NCBI RefSeq assembly: GCF_006345805.1
Contig: NC_042999.1
Location: 141,794,001-141,858,000, forward strand
Origin: Octopus sinensis
Lineage: Eukaryota
Length of the DNA stretch: 64,000 bases
Direction of reading: 5' to 3'
Of the stretch, positions 41,858-54,921 are shown piece by piece; the stretch's first letter is position 1, and the number at the start of each line of letters is the position of its first letter. The notes under the pieces were generated by a model, which had not been told where the DNA came from, searched no databases, and worked only from the letters and a program-made list of their open reading frames with translations. The translations under genes and the position numbers were made by a program.

Positions 41858-42087
41858 AATCGTGCCGGTGGCACATAAAAAGCACCATCCGATCGCGGCG
41901 TTTGCCAGCCTTGTCTGGCACATAAAAAGCACTCACGGAGTGGTTGGCGTTAGGAAGGGCATCCAGCTGTAGAAACATTGCCAGATCAGGCTGGGCCTGG
42001 TGCAGCCTTCTGGCTTCCCAGACTACAGTTGAACCATCCAACCCATGCTAGCATGGAAAGCGGACGCTAAACGATGATGATGATGAG
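41858..42087 (+). mobile_element. RTE 3'-end fragment, little diverged
   Basis: gtgccggtggcacataaaaagcacc...ctaaacgatgatgatgatg. Confidence 0.85.
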
Positions 42088-42329
42088 TTCTTCAAAATAG
42101 TCCTTAAGACTATTTAGTCATTATATCTTCTGTTTTCTGAGAAAAGGCCATTAGTAGTTGCATTAACCGATTAAAATTCCTGAGAATAATTGTCAATGGC
42201 CATTTTATACCATATCTTGAACAAAGCATGTTAATGATTATTCTTTTCTCCCCAGTGGAACAATATTTTTTACTACATAGAGTGATTAGCTTTTCTATGG
42301 CATATTTTTATAGCAATGAGAGCTGGACT

Positions 42330-43309
42330 GTTGAGACTTAAATGGCTTTATGAAGGACAGCTTCATCAACATCAGTGATAACATTCAAACTGTCACCAAT
42401 CCCTTCAGTAGGTTGGCCAGCACCTAAAATTTAGACAATTCTAAATTTTGATCATATTCACTATATGGTGATGGATGACATGCAATTGAGTATGGATCAA
42501 ATAGACAATGCTATTAGTATACCCCATGAGAGAGTTGAGAGTATTCTGTACAATGAATTTGACATGAAGGTTTCTGTTCAGTGGTTACCATGTCTTCTGA
42601 CACCTGATCAAAAGTGCACCAGGCTAAACACATCACAGGAAAACCTGGCATTGTTTGAGGCAGATCCAGCTAGTTTCCTTGAATAATGTTTCCTAATCCA
42701 GGATGAGTGTTGGCTTCATCACATTGAATCAGAGACAAACAGACAATCTATACAGTGGAAACACTCTTCCTCACCACCTCCAAAAAAGGCCAAGGTCATT
42801 TCATCTGCAGGGAAGGTGATGGCCTCAGTTTTTTGGGATGCAAATAGCATTGGGTTTATTGACTATCCTCAAAAGGGCCACACCATCAATGGAGAGTACA
42901 ATGTCACTTGCTGAAGCAGTTTATCAAGATCATAAGCCCAGGAAAACTGACGAAAGGGTTCTTGTTTCATCAGGACAATGCTCCAGCACACAAGTCCTCA
43001 CTTTCAGTTGCTATTGTGCATATCTATGGCTTTAAACTAGTTGATCACCCTCCTTATTCTCCTGATTTGACTCCATCTATCACCTGTTCCCCAACATGGA
43101 AAGACACTTGGTTGGGAACCAGAATTGCAGTGAAAATGACATCATATATGCTGTACTTTTTTTACCAACGGATTGAAAGCTTCACCAATGGAACACTGAT
43201 GGAAGAAGTGTGTGGACCAACAGGAGGACTATGTTGAAAAATAAACCTCATTTGCTCACAATCTATGAGAGTGTCTTGGTCAGCCTATGAACTTTTCAGC
43301 CAATCCTTG
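42330..43309 (+). mobile_element. 5'-truncated degenerate mariner
   Basis: DECWLHH, SAGKVMASVFWD, HQDNAPAH, HPPYSPDL; right TIR ends ccttg|TA. Confidence 0.88.
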
Positions 43310-43959
43310 TATGTATTGTAACTGAGGGAATGATGTGTCTGTAGAAATTGTGAGCAAGGTTACTTGTCAGTTAATTTAAAGAAATTATGCCAATTTACAG
43401 CAAAATATACTTATTTATGACAAGTATGATAATCAAATAATCCAAGCCTATCCAAAATGAAGGAGTGAATCATAAATTGTTCTTTATCTTCTTGTTTTCT
43501 GGATGCTCATTCCCAGTATACAGAAGTTGTCAGATGGAACCAATGAAGTTCTAGCACAAGAACATTTAAATAACAATGGTCATTCCATGACTTTTATTGC
43601 ATATATGACACTCATATGTTCTTGTACTTACTTTTTATTTATTTATTTTACATCACAGTTGTTGATCAATAGAGTTACTGATTCAAGGACAATATTGAAA
43701 ATAGAAGTTTCTTAGTTGGGTTATTTTGCCAATACAATTCTCTTCAGGTTTTAAATTTGCAAAGAAAATTAATTTGTTGGCAGTCTTGCCCTCCAAATTT
43801 TAATGAAAGGTAGATGAGAGTTACCAGTAAGTAATATATATCTGGAATCTGGAATGTTGTCAGGCACTATAACCCTCTACCAGTTTGGCAATGCAGCTAG
43901 CTGAGCATTAACCCCTTAGCATAGTGTTTATAGTCAACTTCCAGAAATTCCTGGTTTGG

Positions 43960-44560
43960 CAGTGCTACTTCACTAGATTTGCTTGAGGTCAGATCCATTT
44001 AAATATTGCTCTGCTGCCTTTCTTTGGACTGAGAAGGTATGCAGTCTCCCTCTTTCTGGTAGCTATGGTAACAGAGGCAATGAAGTGGCTGGGATTGAAA
44101 TGACTGATGACAGTCTCTTTCCTCTTCAGTTTCTTCAATTACCCTATGGTAAGGAAGGTAAGGGTTAAGAGAAGTGCTGCCCTCCAATTTATTTGTTGAA
44201 AGGTGAGTGAGAGTGCCAAGTATGAATCTGTTCTCAATATGTGTCTGTAGGCCACAAAATGCCACTGGGAAATTATATTTGCCCCTATCAGAGAGGATAT
44301 CAGTGGAATTTCTCAAGTGACTCAAGTGGATTGTCTCCTCCACTCAAGGTGGCCTTTTTTTCCAGTTCTTCTTTTGTATTTATGTTATTTTTCATGCCTG
44401 TTTTTCTCATACTTGATTCCGTCAAATCCCCACCTTATTTATGATTTGCCCCTGTCATGTTCTCTCATCATGTTCCCATTGTCAGGATAGAGGATGATAA
44501 AATTGGTGGAATTTCAGACAAAATATCTTGCAGTTTTGAATCATGTTCTGATATATCCTA
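43960..44560 (-). mobile_element. Possible ancient LINE (RTE-like) remnant
   Basis: Raised GC and a frameshifted IP..KKG..SNY-like motif; weak. Confidence 0.3.
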
Positions 44561-44575
44561 TCAAGGCCCACTTAA

Positions 44576-44795
44576 CCCTTTCGTTACCAACCCGGCTAAA
44601 ACTGGCTCTGGCTCTGAGTACAAATGTCTTGTTTCCATAAGTTTTGAATTAAAATCTTCCTACAAACCTTAGTCACAATTTATGTTCCTAACACTAGCTT
44701 AATGATGACTAAGTTATTTTACTAAATTCTTTGTTATATTTAAAGTAATTGAAAGAAACACAGAGCATTTCAAAATGAATACAGTAATGAAAGGG
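44576..44795. mobile_element. piggyBac-type MITE, family 2
   Basis: TTAA|ccctttcgttac ... gtaatgaaaggg|TTAA; TIR 11/12. Confidence 0.8.
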
Positions 44796-45254
44796 TTAAC
44801 TTTCATCCTTCCAGTGTCAATAAAATAGTATCAGGTACATATTTGAGTTGATCTAATCAACTAGACAATCCATCACTGGCTAATCATGACACCAGCACCT
44901 GTTCTGGCACTGTTTTTCTATATATTGCTGGCAGAGAAATGTGTCACTGCTGTCTCTAGTGGTCAAACGTCCATTGTTGATAAGACTAAGGAAGGTCAAA
45001 AACACATGATCAAGTGGTTTCAGCACTGGAGGTGGTAGGGATTTATCTCCTATTGATATAAACAAGCTTGTATTTTGTACCAAAAGCCAATATGACAGCT
45101 TCTCTCATGGTATCTACTACAGTATAGTTTGTTCAAACAGAACATCCACATTTAAGTGAAGATACAAATTACCTCTGCTGCCTCTGTCACTAATATATAT
45201 TTGCATAACTTTGTGCCTATGTTAGAAATCATATATATATATATATATAAAATG

Positions 45255-46050
45255 TATACAGTGCTCAGGTGCACTACAACTCATCAGAAAAAGTAACCAA
45301 AACTGCATGAACAGTACATAGAATATGCACAGGAAGTGAACTGTGAATAAGTCTTAAAAAAGAGAAAAAAGCAAGAAGAAATGGGGTGGGGGACATCATG
45401 TATACTGTTGATGAATTTCAGGAAGCATGAAAGTTTTGAAGGATGTAGTGCCTTGATAGCTAATAACTGATGCAAGTAGTTTATTTCATGCTTCAGCAGT
45501 TCTGAGCATGAAAAAATGTTTCTGAAAGTCATGGGTGCCATGTTGTTTTTTGATGAGTGTTAGATGCATGGAATTCAAAAAAGTGCCCAAGATTGTTGTT
45601 AGAAAGATGGTAGGTAATCTTGTGGGTGTCTCGTACCTAGTCAGCTGCCAAATGTCAGATCTTTAATGTGTCCATGCCCAGGGAAGCAAGGCATTCGGAA
45701 TATGGTGCCTGATGGCAGGTATTCGTCTGGTTGGAAGTTTCTGAACAGCTTCCAGGAGATTGATATGCTTATAGGGGTTCCAGAGGGGTGATGCAAACTC
45801 TAGATGTGGACATACCATAGTCATATGCAATTTAAATAGATAGCTGGAGAGCACCTGACAATGGTCTTATTGAGTGATGCTAAGACATCCTTGGCCTTCT
45901 TGACCATCTTAGAGACATGGTTTGTTCAATACAGATCATTGTTAACAATAATACCCAGGTCACATTCACCAACAGACTTTTTAAGATTGGTGTTGTTGAG
46001 GGCGTATTTAAAGCTGGGTTTTTCATCCCAAAATGCATGATGTTGCATTT
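45255..46050 (-). mobile_element. Older copy of the same CR1/L2-group LINE, 3' fragment
   Basis: HLEFASPLWNPY, LLEAVQKLPTRRIP; shares tacagtgctcaggtg 3' end with the copy at 27449. Confidence 0.8.
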
Positions 46051-46522
46051 ATTCTCAAGTAGAATAAACGTATCAGTCATTTAAACTCATACATATATAC
46101 CATTACATTCATTTTTGTTTTATTTCTTAATTATACTGTATACTATAAAGTATCAAAAAGTTTTGATATACATCTGAGACATAAGATCACGCTATGATAA
46201 GGTTGCAGATGAGCACCAAAACTTGTTGACACTTCATTAAGAAATAAAACAAAAGTTATTGCAATGATATATGTGTGTGTGTGTGCATTTTAAATGGTTA
46301 AATGAGTCAGCTTTTCAGTTTCAACTCAAGTCTCAGATTAAATCATTTACAAAGCAAGTATGAACACAGAAAGTCTGTGTGGTTCGGAAATTCATCCCAT
46401 AACCATGTGGTTTCAAGTTCGATCCCACTGCTCAAAACTTTGAACAATATCTTTTTCCACAACTTCAGTTGATCAATGCTTTACAAGCAGTATTTGGAAG
46501 ATAGAAATTAAACACATATATA

Positions 46523-47813
46523 TTAGGTTGTCAAGTATGAAATTTGTAGAAAAGGAAAAAAAAGTTTGCTAATGTTTTATAAATACAAGGAATAGATTTA
46601 TTCATCAAGGTATGCATCCATATTGTCAATACACTTTTGCCATTTCAGTGGTAGCTTGTCCAGCCTGGAACTGTAAAAGCCTGGCAATCTAGGGTCAATA
46701 AAATTTTGGAAGGCCTGTTTTACAGCATCATCAGAATTTAATTTTTTTTTCCATCAAAAAGTTATCCAAATTCTGGAAGAAGTGGTAGTCAGTGGGGGCA
46801 AGATCAGGTGAGTATGGTGGATGATGGAGAACTTCCAACTCCAACTCGTGTAGCTTCGCCTATGCCATTTTTGCGATGTGTGATCTGGCATTGTCTTGCA
46901 ATAAAATAGAAGTGGATCTGTTGACTAATCTAGGCTGTTTTTTTTGGGGGAAGTTTCTGCATCATTTGGTCCAGTTGGCTGCAGTTTACTTCAGCTGTGA
47001 TTGATGAGCCAGGTTTAATGAAATCATAATGGATCACACCTGTGCCAGACCACCAAACCCACACAATCAGCTTCTTTTCATGAATTTTGCTTTTTGGACT
47101 GTATTTTGGTGGCTCATCTTTGTCTAACCATTGTGCTGAACATTTATGATTGTTGTTTTGGATCCATTTCTCATCATGTTACAGTTCAATTCAAAGATGA
47201 TTCATTTTTGTGACATGAAAGTAGCATAATGCAAGCTTCCGAACATTACTGTTTCTGATTTTCATTGAGGTCATGTGAAACCCACTTATCCAACTTTTTC
47301 ACTTTACCAATTTGAACTAGGTAAGTCAGTATTGTTTGCTTGCTAACACCAAACAACAACAATAATTCACAGGCACTTTGAGATGGATCTGACTTGACAG
47401 TGGCTTTCAGTTCATCATTATTCACCTTTGTTTCTGGCCGACCGCATTGCTCATTTGTGAGATCAAAATTACCAGAATGAAATTTTGCAAACCAATTTGA
47501 TACTGTCTGTGTAATAATAACATTAGAATGAAATACTCCATTAATATTCCAAGATGTCTGTGATGCTGCATTTCAAAGAAAGAACTCATATTTCAAAACT
47601 GTACGACTCTCCAGCTTATCCATCTCTAAACAAAAACAGCAAAAAACGATTTATAAATACTTTATAAAGCACAAAATGAGTTAGAATAAAGAAATAGATG
47701 TGTCAGCTTTCTAACAAAAAATAAAGATTGTCACCATATAATAATGGCTCAAAATGAGTAGCGGACAAAGTTTACCATATACCTTACTACAAATTTCATA
47801 CTTGACGACCTAA
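46523..47813 (-). mobile_element. Full-length (1291 bp) degenerate mariner
   Basis: 27-bp TIRs ttaggt(t/c)gtcaagtatgaaatttgtag, 26/27 identical, TA on the left. LQDNARSH and HPPYSPDLAPTDYHFF on the minus strand; no long ORF. Confidence 0.92.
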
Positions 47814-47849
47814 TGCATTATATACAAACGCATGTATATACCCAGACAC

Positions 47850-49400
47850 ATGTATATGTCTGGGTATATGTGATTTGTTGTAAATCGATGAAGGATATAA
47901 ATGTAAGGAAACCAAAAACAAAATGCTACTCTACGAAAGTTCCTAGCCATATTTGTTCTGCACCGAGTTACAGACACTCCTTGGTTGTTCTTACTATCAG
48001 AAATGAGATAAATCAGTGATTGGCCCGTTGAAAACCTGTAACCAACTAACGACGCTTTTGTTCACCATTTACGATAAATAAGTACAATCCCGACATTATC
48101 GTTGTTATTGAATTAATCTGCCAGTTAGCTGAATATGTGACCTAGTTCCGATTCCCGATTGCAGTCTATATATCATCCCTGCAATCTCATTTTCTCACTT
48201 TTTAAAACGTTGAATAAGAAAATAATGTAAAGAAATTTATAAGAAATCCTAGACAATAACGCTGTGAGTCAAACAAAATTATTTTCTACATTTATTCTAT
48301 GTTGTGAGTTCGAATTCCACGTCTGTCGACTTTCCCCTTCACTTCTCCTGTGTCAATAAAACAGGTACCAGTATTATATATTGGATTAATTTAACTGACT
48401 CAATCGATTAATCTTACGTCTAGACGAAAGAAGTGAGTGAAGCTATTCCTTCATTCTTACATTCGTTCATTCCCTTACTTAGTGTATTCTGTTATTCCAT
48501 TCGCCATTATTGCTATCTTTATCTCGTGAAGTCGTGACACGTTCTGCCGTGATCGTGAGACAAAATTCTTCGCAAGCTGCTTCATTGTTTGACTCCAGTA
48601 CATAATTTCCTTAGAAAATCACGTCTTAAATTGACTTTATTGTACGTTTAGATATCTAAGAAACAAAAGGAGAAAAAGATATACATAATAGAACAAAATC
48701 TGAATTATCAACTTGTTAAAACTTACGTGAGATACTTATGAAAAATCATAAATTATATTGCTGAAATTACATTCATGGAATAATTTGGATTATATATTTT
48801 ATATAACAAACAGAAAAGCGAAATATTATTCATGTGTGTATTTATCCACATTCCTATTTATATAATTATTTGTGCAGATAAGTATATTTTTTGATATTGT
48901 ATACTGGATTTCAGTTGTTACATTCTTCCCGCCATTGTTTCCAAGCATAGATATATCGACTCAGGAGTTGTTGTTTTTTAGCCCCATATCAACTCTGATC
49001 GAATAAGCCTATGATTAAACGCATTCCCGTATGCAGGAAACATTAAACAACCTTTGAGGGTGTCATTTGAAAGATTCGACTGCTATTTCTAGTAGGTTGA
49101 CTGACCACATTAGAGGCTCTTAGTCGTTGCTGAGTGGCGTGAAAATGACTCTGCAAGACAATAATACTATGAGAAAGTTATTTTCCAGGGTAAATCGGCA
49201 GATTTTTTTCGTCTGTAGATCTAGATCCAACTAAATGTCATGCAACTATTCGACCCAACTCTGATCTTTCTTCTATTCAACAACAACCAACCATCCGGAC
49301 CTCAACTGAGTTGAACCGTCACAGATGAAATTACTCTTTCTCTCTCTTCCTCTTTTTCTCTCTCTGAGGTCAGCTTTGATTGCTTTTATTTATATTTTAT
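47850..49400. promoter_or_regulatory. CpG-retaining region upstream of the CG-1-like exon, putative promoter / 5' exon region
   Basis: CpG dinucleotides are visibly more frequent than in the CpG-poor Ras introns (e.g. tcgtgaagtcgtgacacgttctgccgtgatcgtg). Qualitative only, not counted. Confidence 0.35.
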
Positions 49401-49722
49401 TATTTTTGATTTGTATAATTCCACTAAAAATCACGCCACAGAATATCAAGTTAGTAATATTAGACATTAAATCTCGACAGTATCTTACATAAACTAGGCA
49501 ACAATTACATTTCATGATTATGTTAACATACTACAAATAGAAAGTAATTTATTTTTCTCTATAAATAGTGCGATAGCGTAGAATTTGATATTGTGAATAT
49601 CGAAATTTATAGGGTTTAAAAAATTTTATCGTGAGATTTATTTGTTCATATATAACTTTCATATAAATTACTGTATTGGAGTTTTGATACCCGAACTTAA
49701 CGAAGGAAACAGGATCATAATA

Positions 49723-50235
49723 ATGGAGCCTTATACAAGAAGAAGATATACAAGACTTGAGACAATAGAAGCTATGAAGCTTTTATGTCTTCCAAGTTCG
49801 AACTTTGTATCAAAAATTCCAAATCGTCCTGCTGGGGGAGAAATCTATTTATTCCAACCTAGACTTCGTATGTATTTGGATAATTGGCGAACAGATGGCT
49901 ATCGTTGGTCGAACAGAGGTACATCGACTATGTCCCTCAACAGACGCCCAGCTTTACGGAAAAGTTTCTTCTATTTAATGACCAAAGAAGGACAGAAAAA
50001 CAATTTTCAAAAGCATGTCTACAGATTACTGGACAGTGATCAGAAAGTTGTTATTCATTATATCGGCGACGAAAAACTGTGTACGGATACGTCGGTTGCT
50101 CCCAGCAGAAAAAAAAGCCGACATTCTTCGCATTCAGTTCGATCCATCTTACCTTTGCCTGAACAACTTATTAGAAAGAAAGATTTATTTGAAAGGAATA
50201 ATGGACACGTTATGAAGAAAGCAGATATATTTGAG
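49723..50235 (+). CDS. Coding exon for a divergent CG-1 (CAMTA-like) DNA-binding domain protein, 171 codons to the donor
   Basis: ATG at 49723 inside the 211-codon ORF, donor GAG|gtaagt at 50236. Motifs RPAGGEIYLF, WRTDGYRW, NFQKHVYRLL and VVIHYIGD occur in the same order as CG-1 motifs. Basic RKKSR patch follows. Confidence 0.7.
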
Positions 50236-52199
50236 GTAAGTTTTATCTTAGACTTGGGTTACTTGTTTGAATTGTAAGAATTGAAAACTTATTTTGAAAG
50301 AATATACATAACGGAATGGAGAAGTAACCCGTACATCTTTATTACTGATAGGTAACAAAAACTTACACTAATCAATGTATAAAGTGTAATAAAAAGATAA
50401 TAAGTTAATTTGATTTTCTATTCGAGTGCAATATATTGCAGATATATTTTAGAAATAGCGTTTTATGTTTTTTAAATTTTTTTCGGGAGAACCGGGGAGA
50501 GGAATATGATAATTCTGTAACAGTTCAAAATTTTTTAAAGATCTTTCAAACGAAGGACCATGTAATATATGGAGTTAGGTTTAATATATAGTATAGTTTA
50601 GCGTGTTCCTCCTAACTGGGATAATAACTGGTCCTCGGTATTGAAAACAAGCGTATTTATAATAGAGAAACAACTGATCATCGATCTTGACTAAATTGTT
50701 TCTAAATGTAAATTTGTGCTCGAGCACAATATAATTGATATTTTACTTAAGAAATACATTATAGTCAGGAATGCAGTTATATATTGTAAGCAGGCTCATA
50801 GAGAGATATATAAAGTACTATTATAAACATCGCAGAGCTGTTTTCTGCTAATGTTGTGTCTGGCCTATATTCCTAATTGGTATGACTTTTTTGTACTGAT
50901 AGCGTTAATGCACTTTGGAAATGTATCAATACCACACGTTCCTATATTTTTATTCCATTTTTATCACTATGTGAGGTGAGTTCATGTTGAGGGAGAGGGA
51001 GAATAAATGCTCCGTGTTTAATAATAACTCATGGTTCTGAATTGTAGTTTTTTTGCCGGTTCCCTCCCTCCGAAACAGGAAGTGAACTCTTAGCAAAGTT
51101 GACACGCCCACTATTACAACTTGGTTTTTAATGCTTACCAAGCAATTAGAACTTTAGATAGTTTAATTTTATTTTTCAAACATTAAGAATGGCTGTATTT
51201 AATTTTTATTTATATGAAATCGCACGAAAAATATAAAAAAAAAATTGTAAGCTAAAAAATAAATGTATGCTTGACTGGATCTCTTTAGGTTGTTTCCAAC
51301 AGATCAATCTCCACCCTTTGTAAACTGTACGCTTGTAAAACAGGAGTTTATGAATTAAGTTGGCCCAAATGGCAAGGCATCTGACTCAATGCTTTACTTA
51401 CGAAAACAATTGTCAGTTATTTAGTTCCCTAACTGAAGTGGTGTCAATTTGTCCAAGATGCATAAAAAAAAGTCATTTCACATCAGCAGCGTAAAATTAT
51501 AATACCATTAACATTTACCTTGCTTTATTCTACACTTCTGTTCTCTACTCCGTTTTAACTCGTAAGTTACCAGGTCTGTATCAGAAGTCATACTTAGTCG
51601 TAGAACAAGTGTTCTCAGTCTAGCGATGGAAAGATATGTTTTAGTTATATTATGCCATTAGTGATTGGTTGTGAAAATTGTATATTCCTCTCAAGTACAC
51701 TGTTAAACATGCGATTTAAGAATGAATGCTTGTTTTTATAATCAGATTTTTCTCTGCTAATTAAAATACTAGTACTGATACTGCAAGATGTTCAGACTAA
51801 ATTTGATAGTTTGCATAAAAGGAAAAGGAAACATATCAACTAGATTATGCCTGGGAGATAACAGTTTACTTAAAGTAGCTGCTCTCAGGTTTCACCTCAG
51901 CCTCAAAAAAGGCTCCAGAACCTGACTCATGCATTCTTCAGTGTTCCTGTGAAGATCTTCAAACATCTCCTTAATCTTGGCCACCAGCTTAGCCTTGTGT
52001 TGCAGGCTTCACATAGCAGTCTGAATTGAGCCTGAAGATCTGTTCAAAGATGTGTGGATGAATTTCAGTGTGCAACCACAGTCAGAAAGCCTGCTGTGGC
52101 TCTTCCTACTAGCCATGACTCCATAGTCTCTGTTGCAGCTGTTCATGTCTCGTCTTACAACCCTTACAGTATTCAACAGGCATTGAGCAGTAGTCATGA

Positions 52200-52930
52200 T
52201 GTTAGCATTTTGATACTCAGTGCAAAGCATCATGATACTGGTAACTCTTTTCCAATATTCAGATTGCTTCCAGTCCTTTGTGTCAGCTAACTTTTTCTCA
52301 ACCACAACTTTAATCTTTATGCTTTCCAATGCTGTTGATTGTTAACCAATACATAAAGCTGTTCCTGAAAAAAAGAGACATAAAAAATTGTATATACCAT
52401 GTTTGTTTTCAATATTTTTTCATGATCTACTCTCAGTGGGTCTTGCAAGATTTTGTGCACATGAACCTTTCAGTGTCCTTTCTATCACTAAAGATCTTAG
52501 TTGTGTTTTATAAGAAAGAGACCTCATAAATATGTGTAAACTTTTATTACATTCTTTTATTATTGAGGTAAGCTTTAGTCCAAAATCAGTTTTTGAGTGA
52601 TGAGGACACTGAGCTATTTTCAGTTAGCTGAATCTATCTAGGTGTATATCATTAAGCTAGTATGAGTAGGGCATATTCCAATATTCCAAGAGGCTAATTG
52701 CTACTTCATCTCTGGAAGTATTGGATTTTATTTGCCATGTATTGACCCATGCTTCTAATGATGATAGATGAGACTTTGTTAAAAAGAATGAGAATCATTG
52801 TTAGTATTTTAGGTTTGTACATCAAGACATCATCTGCAAACCATTTTAATGGAGAGGATGGGTTTACTGAGGATGTCATTTACATATAACAAGAATAGCA
52901 AGGGACCTAAAGCAGAACTGTGGAATAGTT
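52200..52930 (-). mobile_element. Highly degenerate CR1/L2-like RT remnant
   Basis: Reverse strand reads PQ-SALGPLLFLLYVNDIL and FADDVLMY with frameshifts. Confidence 0.6.
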
Positions 52931-53079
52931 GATATAATCATGGTTACTATTAATTTAAGACCATTCAGTAACACCTGTACCATTCTCCTTACTCAGGCAT
53001 CTTATTGTTGTCTCACTCTGTAGTAATTGTGTATTCACTTACTAAAATACTGTCAGCTCTTGCAAGATCTCATCTTTGA

Positions 53080-53390
53080 TAGTGGTTAAGGGTATTCTGC
53101 TCACAATCGTAAGGCTGTAGTTCCAATTCTTGGTGGTGAGTTGTGTCCTTGAATAAAACCCTTCATTTCACATTGTTCCAGTCCACTCAGCTGGCAAAAA
53201 TGAATAGTTCCTATATTTGAAAGGGCAAGCCTTATATTCTGTATCATGCTGAATCTCACTGAAAACTATATTAAGGATACATGTGTCTGTGGAGTGCTCA
53301 GCCACTTGCACACTAATTTCATGACAAGGCTGTTCTGTTGATCAGACCAACTGGACCCCTCACCATTGTAACTAACAGAATACCAGTTAG
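53080..53390 (+). mobile_element. Degenerate SINE (third type; related pieces near 12830-13030 and 17555-17680)
   Basis: agtggttaagggt...gtgtccttgaataaaacccttcatttcacattgttccagtccactcagctg. Confidence 0.5.
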
Positions 53391-53409
53391 TATTTAATTA
53401 GTACATAGC

Positions 53410-53552
53410 ATTAGGAAGGACATCCAGCTGTAGAAACTTTGCCAGATCGGATTGGAGCCTGGTGCAGCCTTCTGGCTTGCCAGTCCTCAGTTAAACCATC
53501 CAGACCATGCCAGCATGGAAAATGGATGTTAAACGATAATGACGATGATGAC
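53410..53552 (+). mobile_element. RTE 3'-end fragment
   Basis: ttaggaaggacatccagctgtagaaac...gttaaacgataatgacgatgatg. Confidence 0.8.
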
Positions 53553-54736
53553 GCATTATTGATTTTGGAAAGATGGCAGTCTTTTGCAGAAAGATAATTT
53601 TAATTAATAATTTCCACACCTGATTAGTCACTTCTGTTGGGGTGTTTTCACTTATAGAAGATTTTAATACTATTATATATTTACCTAAGCTATATATGTC
53701 ATTCAGAAATCATTGGATTAAAGAACTGATGAAATCACCAATGACATTTGTTTCAAGATTATTGATAAATATAATGGAATTGATGCAATCGGAAAAAAAA
53801 AAAGTGGTAGTGAGATTTATTCATTACTTAGATTATTAGGTCTCAGTTGAAATTTCTGATATGTTAACTTGCAGATTGTTTTGTAGTTAACTGACAGTTT
53901 TCAGCATTTATTATTTGACTCATGCAATAGAACTTATTTATAGAATTATTTTCCTTGCAGCAATGCAGAAACAGACTTAAAGAAAATAATTCATATTTGT
54001 TAAGCTGTAAAACTACAGTGGAGGCGTGAAATGAGTAATTGCCATAAAAGAATTGTTTTATTGTTATTGAGTTTATACAGGGTTCAAGGTTTGAGATTAT
54101 TTGTCCAAAAGACATGGTTTGAAACTTTGTTACAAACCAAACATTTCATGCCACTAAACTCACTCCAATTATCTGTTATATGTGAAGTAGTCTGTATTGG
54201 TAAGATTTTGTTCAATAAAGTTTATGAATTAGAATAAGTTGGTGTAGCGGAAATGAATTATAACTATATGGACTAGGCTCCTTCATCTGTGAAGGAATTA
54301 TGAAAATTAAATGGCTATAAAATAGGATTGAAGCATAGAAATGGGGAAACAAACAGGCAATGAGAGGAAATGAGAAGAGTTAGTGGATGCCACTTTTTGG
54401 TAGTTCAGCTGCTGTTTAGTTTTCAATCAGCCTTAATTAAGCAGGTTTATGATCAAAAGTATCCTAGCTGTGAGAATCCCATTTTTTCTATAAGAAGTTA
54501 AAATCTGGATTCCATGGAAACTGATGGAAAAGTTTGATAAGTTCAATTGTTGTGAGGAGTGAAGAATTTAACATTTATGTCCATTGCTCTCTGCCTGAGA
54601 TTGAGAAATAGAAGAATTAGTCTTGTGGCAGCACCATTTTATCTCACTTCTTCATTTTCAGATGAAGGGCAAGAGCAAGAACCAGAAATATTAGATTCTC
54701 CACTTCTCACAATATTTTTAACATACAGAACTTTTC

Positions 54737-54921
54737 AATGCTGTTTTAGCGGTATTTCGTCTGTCTTTACATTCTGAGTCCAAATTCTGCCAAGGTCGAC
54801 TTTGCCTTTCATCCTTTCAGGGTTGATGAATTAAGTACCAGTTGCTTACTAGGGTTGATCTAATCAACTGGCCCCTTCCCCCAAAATTTTGGGCCTTGTG
54901 CCTAGAGTAGAAAAGAATATT
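54737..54921 (+). mobile_element. SINE (56514 family)
   Basis: gtccaaattctgccaaggtcgactttgcc...gggccttgtgcctagagtagaaaagaatattt. Confidence 0.8.

Noticed and set aside
54662-54751. Candidate exon DEGQEQEPEILDSPL... after a strong acceptor
   Set aside because: The only nearby donor comes from a SINE, the phase does not match the CG-1 exon donor, and there is no homology I recognise.
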